DNA of 64,000 nt, taken from the IMG/VR virus record IMGVR_UViG_3300012983_000033, positions 32,001-96,000 of that record. One strand, written 5' to 3'. The notes beneath the pieces were generated by a model, which saw only the letters and a program-made list of their open reading frames with translations, did no database searches and was not told the DNA's origin. Shown piece by piece: positions 22,357-30,839 of the stretch. The position numbers were made by a program, and so were the translations under genes. Every line of letters begins with the position of its first letter. Position 1 is the first letter of the stretch. Source of the stretch: a virus (taxonomy: Duplodnaviria > Caudoviricetes).

Positions 22357-22731
22357 ATGACAAAAATGACACAGAGAGAATTTCTTATGGAAGTTAAGAA
22401 AGCAAACATCAGTGACGCACTTAACGAAAAAGCAGATGAACTCATCGCAGGTCTTGACAAGAGAAATGCACAGAAGTCTGCAACACAGACAAAAACACAG
22501 AAAGAGAACGAAGTTCTCAAAGCAGAAATGCTTAATAAACTCGAAAAAGGCAAGGGTTATCTTGCAGTCGAAATCGCAAGTGTAATGGGCTTTTCAACAT
22601 CAAAGGCTTCTGCACTCGCAAAGCAGTTGGTTGACAGTGGCAAAGCAACTGTTTGTGATGTAAAAGTAAAGGGTAAAGGTATGCAGAAATGCTACACACT
22701 CACTCTTGCAACTGATGAAGTTGCAGAGTGA
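22357..22731 (+). CDS. Winged-HTH protein (paralog of 29470..29811)
   Basis: MTQREFL...A.EIA...STSKASALAKQLVDSG...KVKGK. Confidence 0.7.
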   Translation: MTKMTQREFLMEVKKANISDALNEKADELIAGLDKRNAQKSATQTKTQKENEVLKAEMLNKLEKGKGYLAVEIASVMGFSTSKASALAKQLVDSGKATVCDVKVKGKGMQKCYTLTLATDEVAE

Positions 22732-22941
22732 TGCCCTAAAAATTGAAGTGAAGTAGGGTGGCAATAGTCACCCTATTTTTTAACTTTAGCACTTTAACAC
22801 TTTAAAGCGGTGAAGCGCCCGGGCCGCGTGAAACACGAGGGTCAGTTGTGGTTTAAAAAATTTTTTATAAAAAAGACTTGACAAATTCAAAAATTTCTGC
22901 TATAATATATATGTAATCAAGAGAAGAAAGGAAATGATGAA

Positions 22942-23406
22942 ATGAATTTGATTATCTCTTTTATCGTACTGAATATTATCAATGTTGTTATTCAGACAGT
23001 AAAATCTATTGCTACAATTAAATGTGGTAAGTTGGTCGCAGCGATAGTAAATGCAGTCGCTTATGGTTTATACACAGTAGTAGTTGTGTATATGGTTTGT
23101 GAACTTCCTTTGTGGTTTAAAGTTCTTGTAATTGCAGTCGCTAATCTCATAGGTGTTTATGTGGTTAAGTGGGTTGAAGAAAAAAATCGCAAAGACAAGT
23201 TATGGAAAGTTGAAGCAACAGTAAAAGATGTTGCTTGTTACGAAGAACTTACAGAAATGGGAATTTCTTGTAATTGTCTTTACATTACAAATGGTGGTTA
23301 TATTGTAAACTGTTTTTGTCCAACACAAAAAGAAAGTGCAATAGTCAAGAAAGTTCTTGATTCTTATAATGCAAAATATTTTGTAACTGAAAGTAAAACA
23401 TTATAA
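22942..23406 (+). CDS. Membrane protein (DUF5698-like)
   Basis: Three hydrophobic segments followed by a soluble C-terminal domain. Confidence 0.55.
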   Translation: MNLIISFIVLNIINVVIQTVKSIATIKCGKLVAAIVNAVAYGLYTVVVVYMVCELPLWFKVLVIAVANLIGVYVVKWVEEKNRKDKLWKVEATVKDVACYEELTEMGISCNCLYITNGGYIVNCFCPTQKESAIVKKVLDSYNAKYFVTESKTL

Positions 23407-23423
23407 TAAAGGAGAGTAAAAAA

Positions 23424-23708
23424 ATGAAAATTATTGACACAAATGACGCAAACAAGGTAAGAGTTGAAAGTATTCCTGAAGGAGTTGCTTTCAGACACGA
23501 AGGAAAATACTTTTTAAAAACAGCAAATGTTTTTACCTATGCAGATGTTGACGATTATCTTGATGAATATACTCATCTTCGTAATGTTGACGAACTCGAA
23601 GAATATACTGATTATTACAACGCTTTAATTCTTTCAGTTGGTGGTTTTTGTTACATAAACGAAGATACACTTGTTGAGCCACTTCATACAGAACTTCACA
23701 TTGTGTAA
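23424..23708 (+). CDS. Small acidic protein, repeated paralog family
   Basis: Similar to 26402, 27853 and 28463. Confidence 0.7.
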   Translation: MKIIDTNDANKVRVESIPEGVAFRHEGKYFLKTANVFTYADVDDYLDEYTHLRNVDELEEYTDYYNALILSVGGFCYINEDTLVEPLHTELHIV

Positions 23709-23874
23709 AGGGATTTCCCTTTACACTTTTTTTATACGAACATTTGTTCGCGGGCGCGCCCGGGCACGTTGTGCATGTTGCACAAAAATTCTGCCGAAAT
23801 GTGGAAAATCTTTTACTTGACAAAATTGTATTTATGGTGTATAATATATATGTAATAAGAAAGGAGTGTTGCTA

Positions 23875-24246
23875 ATGGCAAAGTCACAGAAGGTCTTGAA
23901 TGACGAAATCAAGTCACTTTACTTCACTAAAGTAAAAGAAATGCTTGAAGGTCTTGGCGAAGATGTTATTCAGGTCAAATCAAATGAGATCGCTTTTCCT
24001 GTGGTTGATAGCGAAGGCAACGAAAAATCTGTTGTAATCGTTATAAAAGTTCCCACTGGTGCTAATAAGGGAACAGAGCCTTATGATCCTTACGCAATGG
24101 GCGAAGAATTTCAGTTGAAGGAAAAACTGAAAAAAGAAAAAGCCGAAAAAATGGCGAAGGCAAAAGCCGAAAAAATCGCAAAGGATAATGCAAGGCGAGA
24201 AAAAGAAAAAGAAATAAAAGCCAAGCGAGAAGGTGTAAAGGTGTAA
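23875..24246 (+). CDS. Lys/Glu-tailed protein (near-duplicate of 25836..26219)
   Basis: MAKSQK.LNDEIK...KSNEIAFP..DSEGNEKSVVIVIKVPTGANKGTEPYDPY is shared. Confidence 0.8.
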   Translation: MAKSQKVLNDEIKSLYFTKVKEMLEGLGEDVIQVKSNEIAFPVVDSEGNEKSVVIVIKVPTGANKGTEPYDPYAMGEEFQLKEKLKKEKAEKMAKAKAEKIAKDNARREKEKEIKAKREGVKV

Positions 24247-24419
24247 GCCTTTACACTTTTTTTATCTTTCCCGCTTTAGCACTTTAAAGTGCGAAAGCGT
24301 ACCCGGGCGCGCCATCAAAATGCACAATAATATATAGTAAACTTTGTGCAATATTACATATTGACTTTTTATGTATAATAGTGTATAATAAATACATCAA
24401 ATGAAACGAGGTTATAAAA

Positions 24420-25064
24420 ATGATTGAAAAATTTATTGTGCTTGACACAGAAACAACAAACGATATTGAATGCCCCATTGTATATGATATTGGTTTTGCA
24501 GTAATTGACAAGAGTGGATTTGTCTATGAAAAATTTTCTTTTGTGGTTGCAGATGTTTTTCTTAATGAAGAACTTATGTCAAGTGCTTATTTTATTGAAA
24601 AAATTCCTATGTATTGGGAACAGATAAAAAAAGGTGAAAGAGTTTTAAAAAGACTTTACAACATAAGAAAAGTTATAATTGAAATAATGATGAAATATAA
24701 TACAAAAATTGTAATTGCACACAATGCACGATTTGATTATATTTCAACTGCGACCACTCAAAGATATTTGACAAAATCAAAATACAGATACTTTTTCCCC
24801 TATGGCACAGAATTTTGGGATACTTTAAAAATGTCTAAAGAAGTTTTTAAAGATGACGAAGATTATTGTGCATTTTGCACAGAAAACGATTATCTCACAA
24901 AGAATAATTCAGTAAAATTGACTGCTGAAATTCTGTATAGATATTTAACAAATGATAATTCTTTTATCGAAAGTCACACAGGTCTTGAAGATGTGCTAAT
25001 TGAAAAAGAAATTTTTGTTGAATGTGTACGAAGAAATCCAAATATCAATGGCAAACTTTGGTGA
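24420..25064 (+). CDS. DEDDh 3'-5' exonuclease (DnaQ-like)
   Basis: VLDTET, AHNARFD, DTL and HTGLED motifs. Confidence 0.85.
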   Translation: MIEKFIVLDTETTNDIECPIVYDIGFAVIDKSGFVYEKFSFVVADVFLNEELMSSAYFIEKIPMYWEQIKKGERVLKRLYNIRKVIIEIMMKYNTKIVIAHNARFDYISTATTQRYLTKSKYRYFFPYGTEFWDTLKMSKEVFKDDEDYCAFCTENDYLTKNNSVKLTAEILYRYLTNDNSFIESHTGLEDVLIEKEIFVECVRRNPNINGKLW

Positions 25065-25201
25065 GTTTGCCCATTGACTTTTGGCCGGGCATTCGTCAAT
25101 ATGCACAAAGGGACGACCGCAAGTTTGGTGATTTTGACGATTGACAAAAGTATGATTATGGTGTATAATAATATTGTAATAAAGAGAAAGGAACTAACGA
25201 T

Positions 25202-25555
25202 ATGGAAAGAATTACTAAAAAAGTTTTAAAAGAAGAAGAATTTTTTGTAGCAAGAGATGGCAAGGAATTTGAAGATGAGGGAGAATGCCTTGACTATGAA
25301 AATGAATTAAACATCAAATCCATTGAAGCATACGATGAAGATTTCAACAGAATAGACTTTGACAGTGCAACATATGTTGTTATTCATTCTGATGAAGAAC
25401 TAAACCTCATTTGTGAAGTGTGTGATTACAATGGTTGGACTTCAGATGGTCTTTGTGAAAATGGTCTTTACAGATATAATAGTTCTTGGAGAGATGACAG
25501 ATGGGAAAAAGTCAAAATCCCTTATTTCCTTAAAGACTTTGTTGAGTTCATCTAA
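25202..25555 (+). CDS. Hypothetical protein (paralog of 56041..56439)
   Basis: DGKEF.D....L.YE motif. Confidence 0.7.
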   Translation: MERITKKVLKEEEFFVARDGKEFEDEGECLDYENELNIKSIEAYDEDFNRIDFDSATYVVIHSDEELNLICEVCDYNGWTSDGLCENGLYRYNSSWRDDRWEKVKIPYFLKDFVEFI

Positions 25556-25835
25556 GGGTGTAAAGGCGTAAGCCTTTACGTGCCCGGGCGCGGCACTTTA
25601 GCACATTAAAGTATTAAAGCGAACATTTGTTTTGTTAATATAAACAAAAATTTGTCTTAGTAAAATTTATTTTTTTAAATTTTTAAACTTGACAAAATTT
25701 AAAATTTTTGATATAATATATATAGAAAAGTTAAGAAAAAACAAAATAAAAAAATAAAAAACTTTTTGAAAACCTATTGACAAAAGCAATTAAATGTGCT
25801 ATAATATGTATGTAAACGAAAGGAGATTTGATAAT

Positions 25836-26219
25836 ATGGCTAAATCACAGAAAATTCTTAATGATGAAATCAAAGCAAACTACTTTGAAAAAATTTGGGG
25901 TTTCCTTGAAGAACTTGGTGAAGATGTCATCAAAGTAAAATCAAACGAAATTGCGTTTCCAATCTGCGACAGTGAGGGTAACGAAAAATCAGTAGTCATT
26001 GTCATTAAAGTACCCACAGGTGCAAACAAAGGCACTGAACCCTATGACCCCTATGATATGGGTGAGGAATACGAACTCAAAGAAAAAGCAAAAAGGGAAA
26101 AGGCAGAAAAACAAGCCAAAGCCAAAGCAGAAAAGATTGCCAAAGATAAAGCAAGACGCGAAAAAGAAAAGGCAATCAAAGAAAAACGCGAAAGTCGAAA
26201 TGAGGTGAGTGGTGAGTAA
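25836..26219 (+). CDS. Lys/Glu-tailed protein (near-duplicate of 23875..24246)
   Basis: See the paralog; promoter at 25777. Confidence 0.8.
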   Translation: MAKSQKILNDEIKANYFEKIWGFLEELGEDVIKVKSNEIAFPICDSEGNEKSVVIVIKVPTGANKGTEPYDPYDMGEEYELKEKAKREKAEKQAKAKAEKIAKDKARREKEKAIKEKRESRNEVSGE

Positions 26220-26401
26220 TCACCACTCAAACACTCCCACACTTTAACAGTTTAAAGCGTAGCGCTTTAGTGCGCGAAAGCGCGCCCGGCGTTCGTCATT
26301 CTATACAAATCAACCGCCGCATCTTTGTGCATTTTAACTGTTGACAAACTTACTAATCTATGTTATAATATATACATCAGATGAAGAAAGGAAATGATAA
26401 T

Positions 26402-26671
26402 ATGAAAGTAAATAAACCCACTATTAAAGGCGAAAAATTTTACAGAATGTGTATAGGTTCAACCTTTTTCGTAGGTGACGCAATTTATATGCGATTGGGT
26501 TATAACGAATGTCAGTATATAGAATGTACTGAATGTTCAACAATGAATGACATTGAAGAAACAGGTTACTACGCAGTAAATCTTGAAACAGGCGAAGTAA
26601 GACAGTTTGAACCAGACGACTGTTTTGAAATGTGTAATTGTGAAGTAACAATCGTGGATGTAAAGGTGTAA
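26402..26671 (+). CDS. Small protein with CxxC insert, repeated paralog family
   Basis: G.TF...DAIYMRL...CTEC...YAVNLETG...F. Confidence 0.7.
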   Translation: MKVNKPTIKGEKFYRMCIGSTFFVGDAIYMRLGYNECQYIECTECSTMNDIEETGYYAVNLETGEVRQFEPDDCFEMCNCEVTIVDVKV

Positions 26672-26953
26672 ACCTTTACACTCCCGGGCGTTCGTCAGAA
26701 TGCACAAAAATTTAATGTATTTTTCTATGTATTTTTACTTGACAAAATAACAAAAATAGTGTATAATAATATTGTAATCAAGAGAAACGAAAGGAGTTTT
26801 GAAAATGGATAGACAGTTATTAGTTGAATGTCCCATACAAGACCCAAGTTGTCCTTATTGGGATTGGAAAACCCATAAATGCACAATGCCTTTATCAGGT
26901 TTACATCCCATAGATGAATGTGATGATTATTATGCAGAAGTGGGTGATGAAGA

Positions 26954-27136
26954 ATGACAAGAGAACTTGCAAACAAAGCAAGTCTTGCTTTGCAGGGTGT
27001 TGACGATTTTCGTATGTTCATAGATGAAATTGAAATACTTATTGATGAATGTGAAGTCTTTGACTTTCGTGATAAGTTAATGAATTTTCTTGATAAAGAA
27101 CTTGAACGCAGAGAAGAAATTTTAAAAAATTTATAA
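26954..27136 (+). CDS. Hypothetical protein
   Basis: 60 aa ORF in a transcription unit. Confidence 0.6.
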   Translation: MTRELANKASLALQGVDDFRMFIDEIEILIDECEVFDFRDKLMNFLDKELERREEILKNL

Positions 27137-27204
27137 AAAACACTTGACAAACAATGAAAAGTGTGATATAATATATATGTAATAAAGAAAAGGAGATGCT
27201 AATT

Positions 27205-27471
27205 ATGTCAAGAACTTATTATTGCCCTAAAGAAAGACTTGTGTTTGTATCAGAGGAAGATACAAGAAACTTTTTCTTCGAAGAACAGGTTTACACTTCT
27301 ATGGAATACGAAGGTGATTTTGAAGATTTTCTGTCTGATAAATACACAAGAGCAGATATTTTCAGAATGACAGATGAAGAAAAAGCAGAAGTTCTCGCAG
27401 ATTACCACGAAGTGCTTTTTGAACAGTGGTGTGATGAAGAACTCGAAAGTTGCGACATCTACGCAGATTAA
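27205..27471 (+). CDS. Small acidic protein
   Basis: Promoter at 27144, GGAG RBS, terminal hairpin. Confidence 0.7.
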   Translation: MSRTYYCPKERLVFVSEEDTRNFFFEEQVYTSMEYEGDFEDFLSDKYTRADIFRMTDEEKAEVLADYHEVLFEQWCDEELESCDIYAD

Positions 27472-27852
27472 ACGAAAAGGTGTAAAGGGATACCCCTTTA
27501 CACCGCCCGGGCATTCGTCATATTGACTAAAATTATGCGGTCGCCGCATTGTAAGTTTGGTTAATATGACGATTGACTTTTCTTTTATTATGGTGTATAA
27601 TAGTATTGTAATCAAGAGAAACGAGGTAAAGAATTATGTTATCTGTTGAAAATGTAAGTTATGACTTAATGTTAATCTCACTTGCAAAACAATTGGGTGC
27701 AGAAGTCGCAGTGGAGTTTGCAGAATTTGTTGTTGCTTCTGGTGACCATTTCGCAATTCAAAAAAAATATGAAGAAATTTTAAAAAACCACTTGACAAAC
27801 ACATAAAACTATGCTATAATATATATGTAATCAAACGAAAGGACTTGATAAT

Positions 27853-28152
27853 ATGGCACTTAATATCAACATTGAAAAAAAGACAGAAGATGTCACTTAT
27901 TTTGGTGATATTCGCAGAGGGGAGTTCTTCCTTTTAGGTGGCAAGGTTTTTGTGAAACTTGAAGAATTTTTTATCACAGACGAAATCATAACAGAACTTG
28001 AATACCAACACGATTTGCAACACGAGTATGACATCGACTCTAACAGGTATAATTGTTGGTTGGTTGGTAGTGAATGTGATTATCGCTATTTTAATAACAC
28101 TACAATAGTTGAAAGAGTTAATATTGATATGAATGTGAGGTATGCAGAATGA
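27853..28152 (+). CDS. Small acidic protein, repeated paralog family
   Basis: FGDIRRGEFF...VFVKL. Confidence 0.7.
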   Translation: MALNINIEKKTEDVTYFGDIRRGEFFLLGGKVFVKLEEFFITDEIITELEYQHDLQHEYDIDSNRYNCWLVGSECDYRYFNNTTIVERVNIDMNVRYAE

Positions 28153-28466
28153 GAGCAACAGGAATTGTAAGAAGAATTGATGATTTGGGAAGAGTTGTAA
28201 TCCCTAAAGAAATTCGCAGAGAAATGAGAATAAGAGAGGGCGATCCTCTTGAAATCTTTGTTGACAAACGAAATAATCTTGTTTGTTTTCAGAGATACGA
28301 TGTTGAAGAAAACTTCATAGAAGAACTGAAAAGAATTTCTGATTCAATTTCAGAACATTATTGTTATAGTGACAACAAAGAAAATGTTCAGATTATTAAA
28401 ATGGCAATCGAAGAAATTAAAAATCAGTTTATCGCAATAAAAGAAAGAGAGGAAAACGAAATATGA
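28149..28466 (+). CDS. AbrB/SpoVT-family DNA-binding protein
   Basis: MRATGIVRRIDDLGRVVIPKEIRR.MRIREGDPLEIFVD is the canonical AbrB/SpoVT N-terminus. Confidence 0.92.
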   Translation: MRATGIVRRIDDLGRVVIPKEIRREMRIREGDPLEIFVDKRNNLVCFQRYDVEENFIEELKRISDSISEHYCYSDNKENVQIIKMAIEEIKNQFIAIKEREENEI

Positions 28467-28717
28467 AAATTCAGAGAAAAAGAAAAGAAAAAGTTTTATT
28501 AAGAGATCTTTCTTTTGGTGATGTATTTGAATATAAAGATTATTTCTATATGGTCATCAACTTTGCAGAAATCGTCGACTGTTCAATATGTGGTGAAGAA
28601 CTTGATGTAAATCACTGTTATAATATTGCTTGTGTTGACTTGCAGGAAGGCGATGTTTATAATTTTAATGGTTGTGATGAAGTATACAAAGTTAATGGCA
28701 AGTTCATAGAAGATTAA
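28463..28717 (+). CDS. Small protein with CxxC insert, repeated paralog family
   Basis: DLSFGDVF...YMVI...CSIC...ACVDLQEG...F. Confidence 0.7.
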   Translation: MKIQRKRKEKVLLRDLSFGDVFEYKDYFYMVINFAEIVDCSICGEELDVNHCYNIACVDLQEGDVYNFNGCDEVYKVNGKFIED

Positions 28718-28992
28718 GAAGTCGAAAGACTTCTTTTTTCTTATATCAAAACGAACAAATGTTCGCGCGTGCCCGGGTAAATTGCCCGGGCGTTTTTGTA
28801 GTATTGCCCGGGCCGAAAAAGTCAAATTCTATCCCATTATATTATATCATATCCACGCTGTAAAGTCAATAGGTAAAAAAAATTTTTTGCTTTAGCGAGT
28901 TAAAGTAGTAAAGCGAACATTTGTTCGTCAAGTGGCGTCCCCTCGTCAAATTTTGCCCTACCTGTGGCGCGTGTCAAATTTTAATTCTGATC

Positions 28993-29106
28993 AAGCTGCG
29001 ATCGAGCTGCGTTTCAGCTGGAGCTGCAAGCTGCGCCCGGTGTCAAATTTTATGGCAGCTGCGTCGAGCTGCAAATTTTTATTATAGTAATACAGCTGCA
29101 GCTGTG
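28993..29106. repeat. Cluster of AGCTG(C) and GTCAAATTT short repeats
   Basis: About nine AGCTG copies within roughly 115 bp; GTCAAATT at about 28820, 28945, 28973 and 29042. Confidence 0.7.
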
Positions 29107-29469
29107 AAAATTTGAAATTAAAATAAAAATATGTTATATATAACATAAATTAAAAGAAAAATCAAATTTTAGTCGCAATCAGTTGTATATATGAAATACC
29201 GAGGCCGCGCAGAATTTGAAAATATTATAAAATAGGTATATAATTATTATAGAAAGTGAGAGAGAAATATATAGAATATAGCAACAGTCACTCTACTTAT
29301 CAGTCGTTAATTGATAAGAAATAGAGATACGAAACTTGAAAAAAGTTCAAAAATGCTATATAATATATATAGAAAGTAAGAGATAAAGTAAATAAAACTT
29401 ACTGCTCCCTTACTTCTGAAACTAATAAAAAATTTTTGGGTGGCGACCGACGCTGAAAGGAAATGTATT

Positions 29470-29811
29470 ATGACAAAGAGAGAATTTCTTACACAGGTAA
29501 TCGCAGAAACAGCAAACGCAGAAATCAAAGCATTTGCAGAAAAGGAAATCGAAAAGCTCGATGCAGAACTTGCTAAGGCAGCAGAAAAGAGAGCTGCTAA
29601 GAAAGCAGAAAATGCTCCCCTCGTTGAAGCTCTTCAGGCAATCCTTACAGAGGAACCTATGACAGCATCTCAGATTGCAGAACAGGTAGAAGGCATCAAT
29701 AACGCTTCTAAAGCAACAGTTATCGCTAAGATTCTTGTTGAATCAGGCGTGGCTTCTGTAACAGAAGTTAAGGTTAAGGGCAGAGCAGTAAAAGGCTACT
29801 TCAAAGCCTAA
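29470..29811 (+). CDS. Winged-HTH protein (paralog of 22357..22731)
   Basis: MTKREFL...MTASQIA...SKATVIAKILVESG...KVKG. Confidence 0.75.
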   Translation: MTKREFLTQVIAETANAEIKAFAEKEIEKLDAELAKAAEKRAAKKAENAPLVEALQAILTEEPMTASQIAEQVEGINNASKATVIAKILVESGVASVTEVKVKGRAVKGYFKA

Positions 29812-29840
29812 TCGCTAAACAAATAAGTAAGTAAGTAAGC

Positions 29841-29890
29841 TAAGGGACTATCCAAAAGGATAGTTCCTTTTCTTTTTATTTTTTTTTGCT
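29841..29890 (+). terminator. Intrinsic terminator ending the plus-strand block
   Basis: AAGGGACTATCC/GGATAGTTCCTT hairpin followed by a long T tract. Confidence 0.7.
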
Positions 29891-30547
29891 TAAAATTTGA
29901 CAAGCATTTTTTTATTTTAAAATTTGATTTGTCGATGTGTTGCGGGCTGGCAACTTTTACCGTTTATCAACCCTTTTTCCATATCATTTTCCATACGCAA
30001 GCACCGTTTTCCACGTGGTTTTTACCGTTTTTCCATACTGTATGGTTCTGATCCACCCGTTTAGTTTACTGTCTGAGCTGCTCTTACGTAGAGTCCCTTT
30101 GGGGAGTCGCTTAGCGGAACCCTTTGGGTAGCCCTTTGGGTAGGAGCGTAGTCGAAGCTTCGAAGCGCCAAGCGACGCTCCGTACAACGGTTTTTTTCGC
30201 ACAAGAAAAGTTAGCCCCCAACGCACATCGACTTTTAATATCCCCTTATCCCCTATCCCCCTATTTTTCGCTTAGCTCCTTTTAATATCCCCTCCTTATA
30301 GATTGGCTGATAAGCCCCTCCAATGGGCTTCGCCCAAAGGAGAGGATTTTATTTTTCTGCTAAGCACCTGCTTAGTAAGGCGCGGCCGTCCCCTTTTCGA
30401 AGCAAAACCATAAGTAAAAAAATAGGAGAAGGGTTATCCCCTCCTCCCGTAGTTTTATCGTAGGTTTATTGTGAGCTCGAGCTAGACCCCTTTTTGCTAA
30501 GCCCTTTGCTTAAAGGCGCTCAGGGCGCTGTCATCTTCCTATCGTTT

Positions 30548-30607
30548 CTATACTTATAAGTATACTTATAAGTATACTTATATATATACTTATAAATATA
30601 CTTATAT
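30548..30607. repeat. Tandem 12-bp palindromic repeat TATACTTATAAG
   Basis: About five consecutive units (three-unit perfect core) in the non-coding convergence region. Confidence 0.8.
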
Positions 30608-30839
30608 ATTTTCTTAATACATTTATATGTAGAAAAGTTTTTCTTTCTCTCTATTTTTTTCGGAAAATTTCTAAAAAATTTTTTTCGTAGTGAGATGCGG
30701 CCGTGATGATTTCTACAAAAAATTTTTGGAAAATTTTATGGGTCGCCGCATATTACTGCGTTTTTTTTGGAAAATTTTTTGCTTACGAGGTGCGGCTGGT
30801 CATAAATTTCCAGAAAAAAAATTGGTAAGCCGTAATGGC

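Larger units (their letters stand above)
21332..27502 (+). terminator. Family of TGTAAAGG-loop-CCTTTAC(A) hairpins ending the units
   Basis: At 21332, 23704, 24234, 25559, 26658 and 27481; each is at a gene end and is followed closely by a CCCGGG site. Confidence 0.65.
15834..27820 (+). promoter_or_regulatory. Array of about 25 near-consensus sigma-A promoters
   Basis: TTGAC(A/T)-17-TA(T)AAT/TATACT, often with TG extension and an A-rich UP element, e.g. at 15834, 17330, 17901, 18145, 18377, 19004, 19842, 19974, 20480, 20999, 21414, 22020, 22147, 22247, 22878, 23817, 24361, 25141, 25689, 25777, 26341, 26739, 27144, 27572, 27792. Many share the downstream leader ATATATGTAATCAAGAGA. Confidence 0.9.
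16603..28813. repeat. Dispersed GCCCGGGC palindrome family marking unit boundaries
   Basis: Exact copies at 16603, 18851, 19783, 20253, 21355, 21954, 22817, 23758, 25582, 27505, 28783, 28806; near variants at 17828, 19754, 24301, 25083, 26284, 26682, 28771. All are intergenic. Confidence 0.9.
16615..28910. promoter_or_regulatory. Repeated palindrome CRCTTTA-N6-TAAAGYR (HisR/YerC-like operator)
   Basis: Copies near 16615, 16662, 17801, 18862, 19733, 22790, 24272, 25594, 26240 and 28888, often in overlapping tandem form. Confidence 0.55.
16556..28927. promoter_or_regulatory. Repeated LexA/DinR-type SOS boxes CGAACATTTGTTC(G)
   Basis: Copies at 16556, 16580, 17845, 18833, 19767, 21939, 23737, 28752 (reversed) and 28914, with variants at 15590 and 25620. 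They match the Gram-positive consensus CGAAC-N4-GTTCG. Confidence 0.75.

Noticed and set aside
16603-28813. Classical integron attC sites
   Set aside because: No RYYYAAC...GTTRRRY ends or long imperfect hairpins, and no integrase in the window; only the architecture is analogous
15800-28930. CRISPR array
   Set aside because: The repeats are short operators separated by hundreds of bases of genes, not 25-45 bp repeats with uniform spacers; no cas genes
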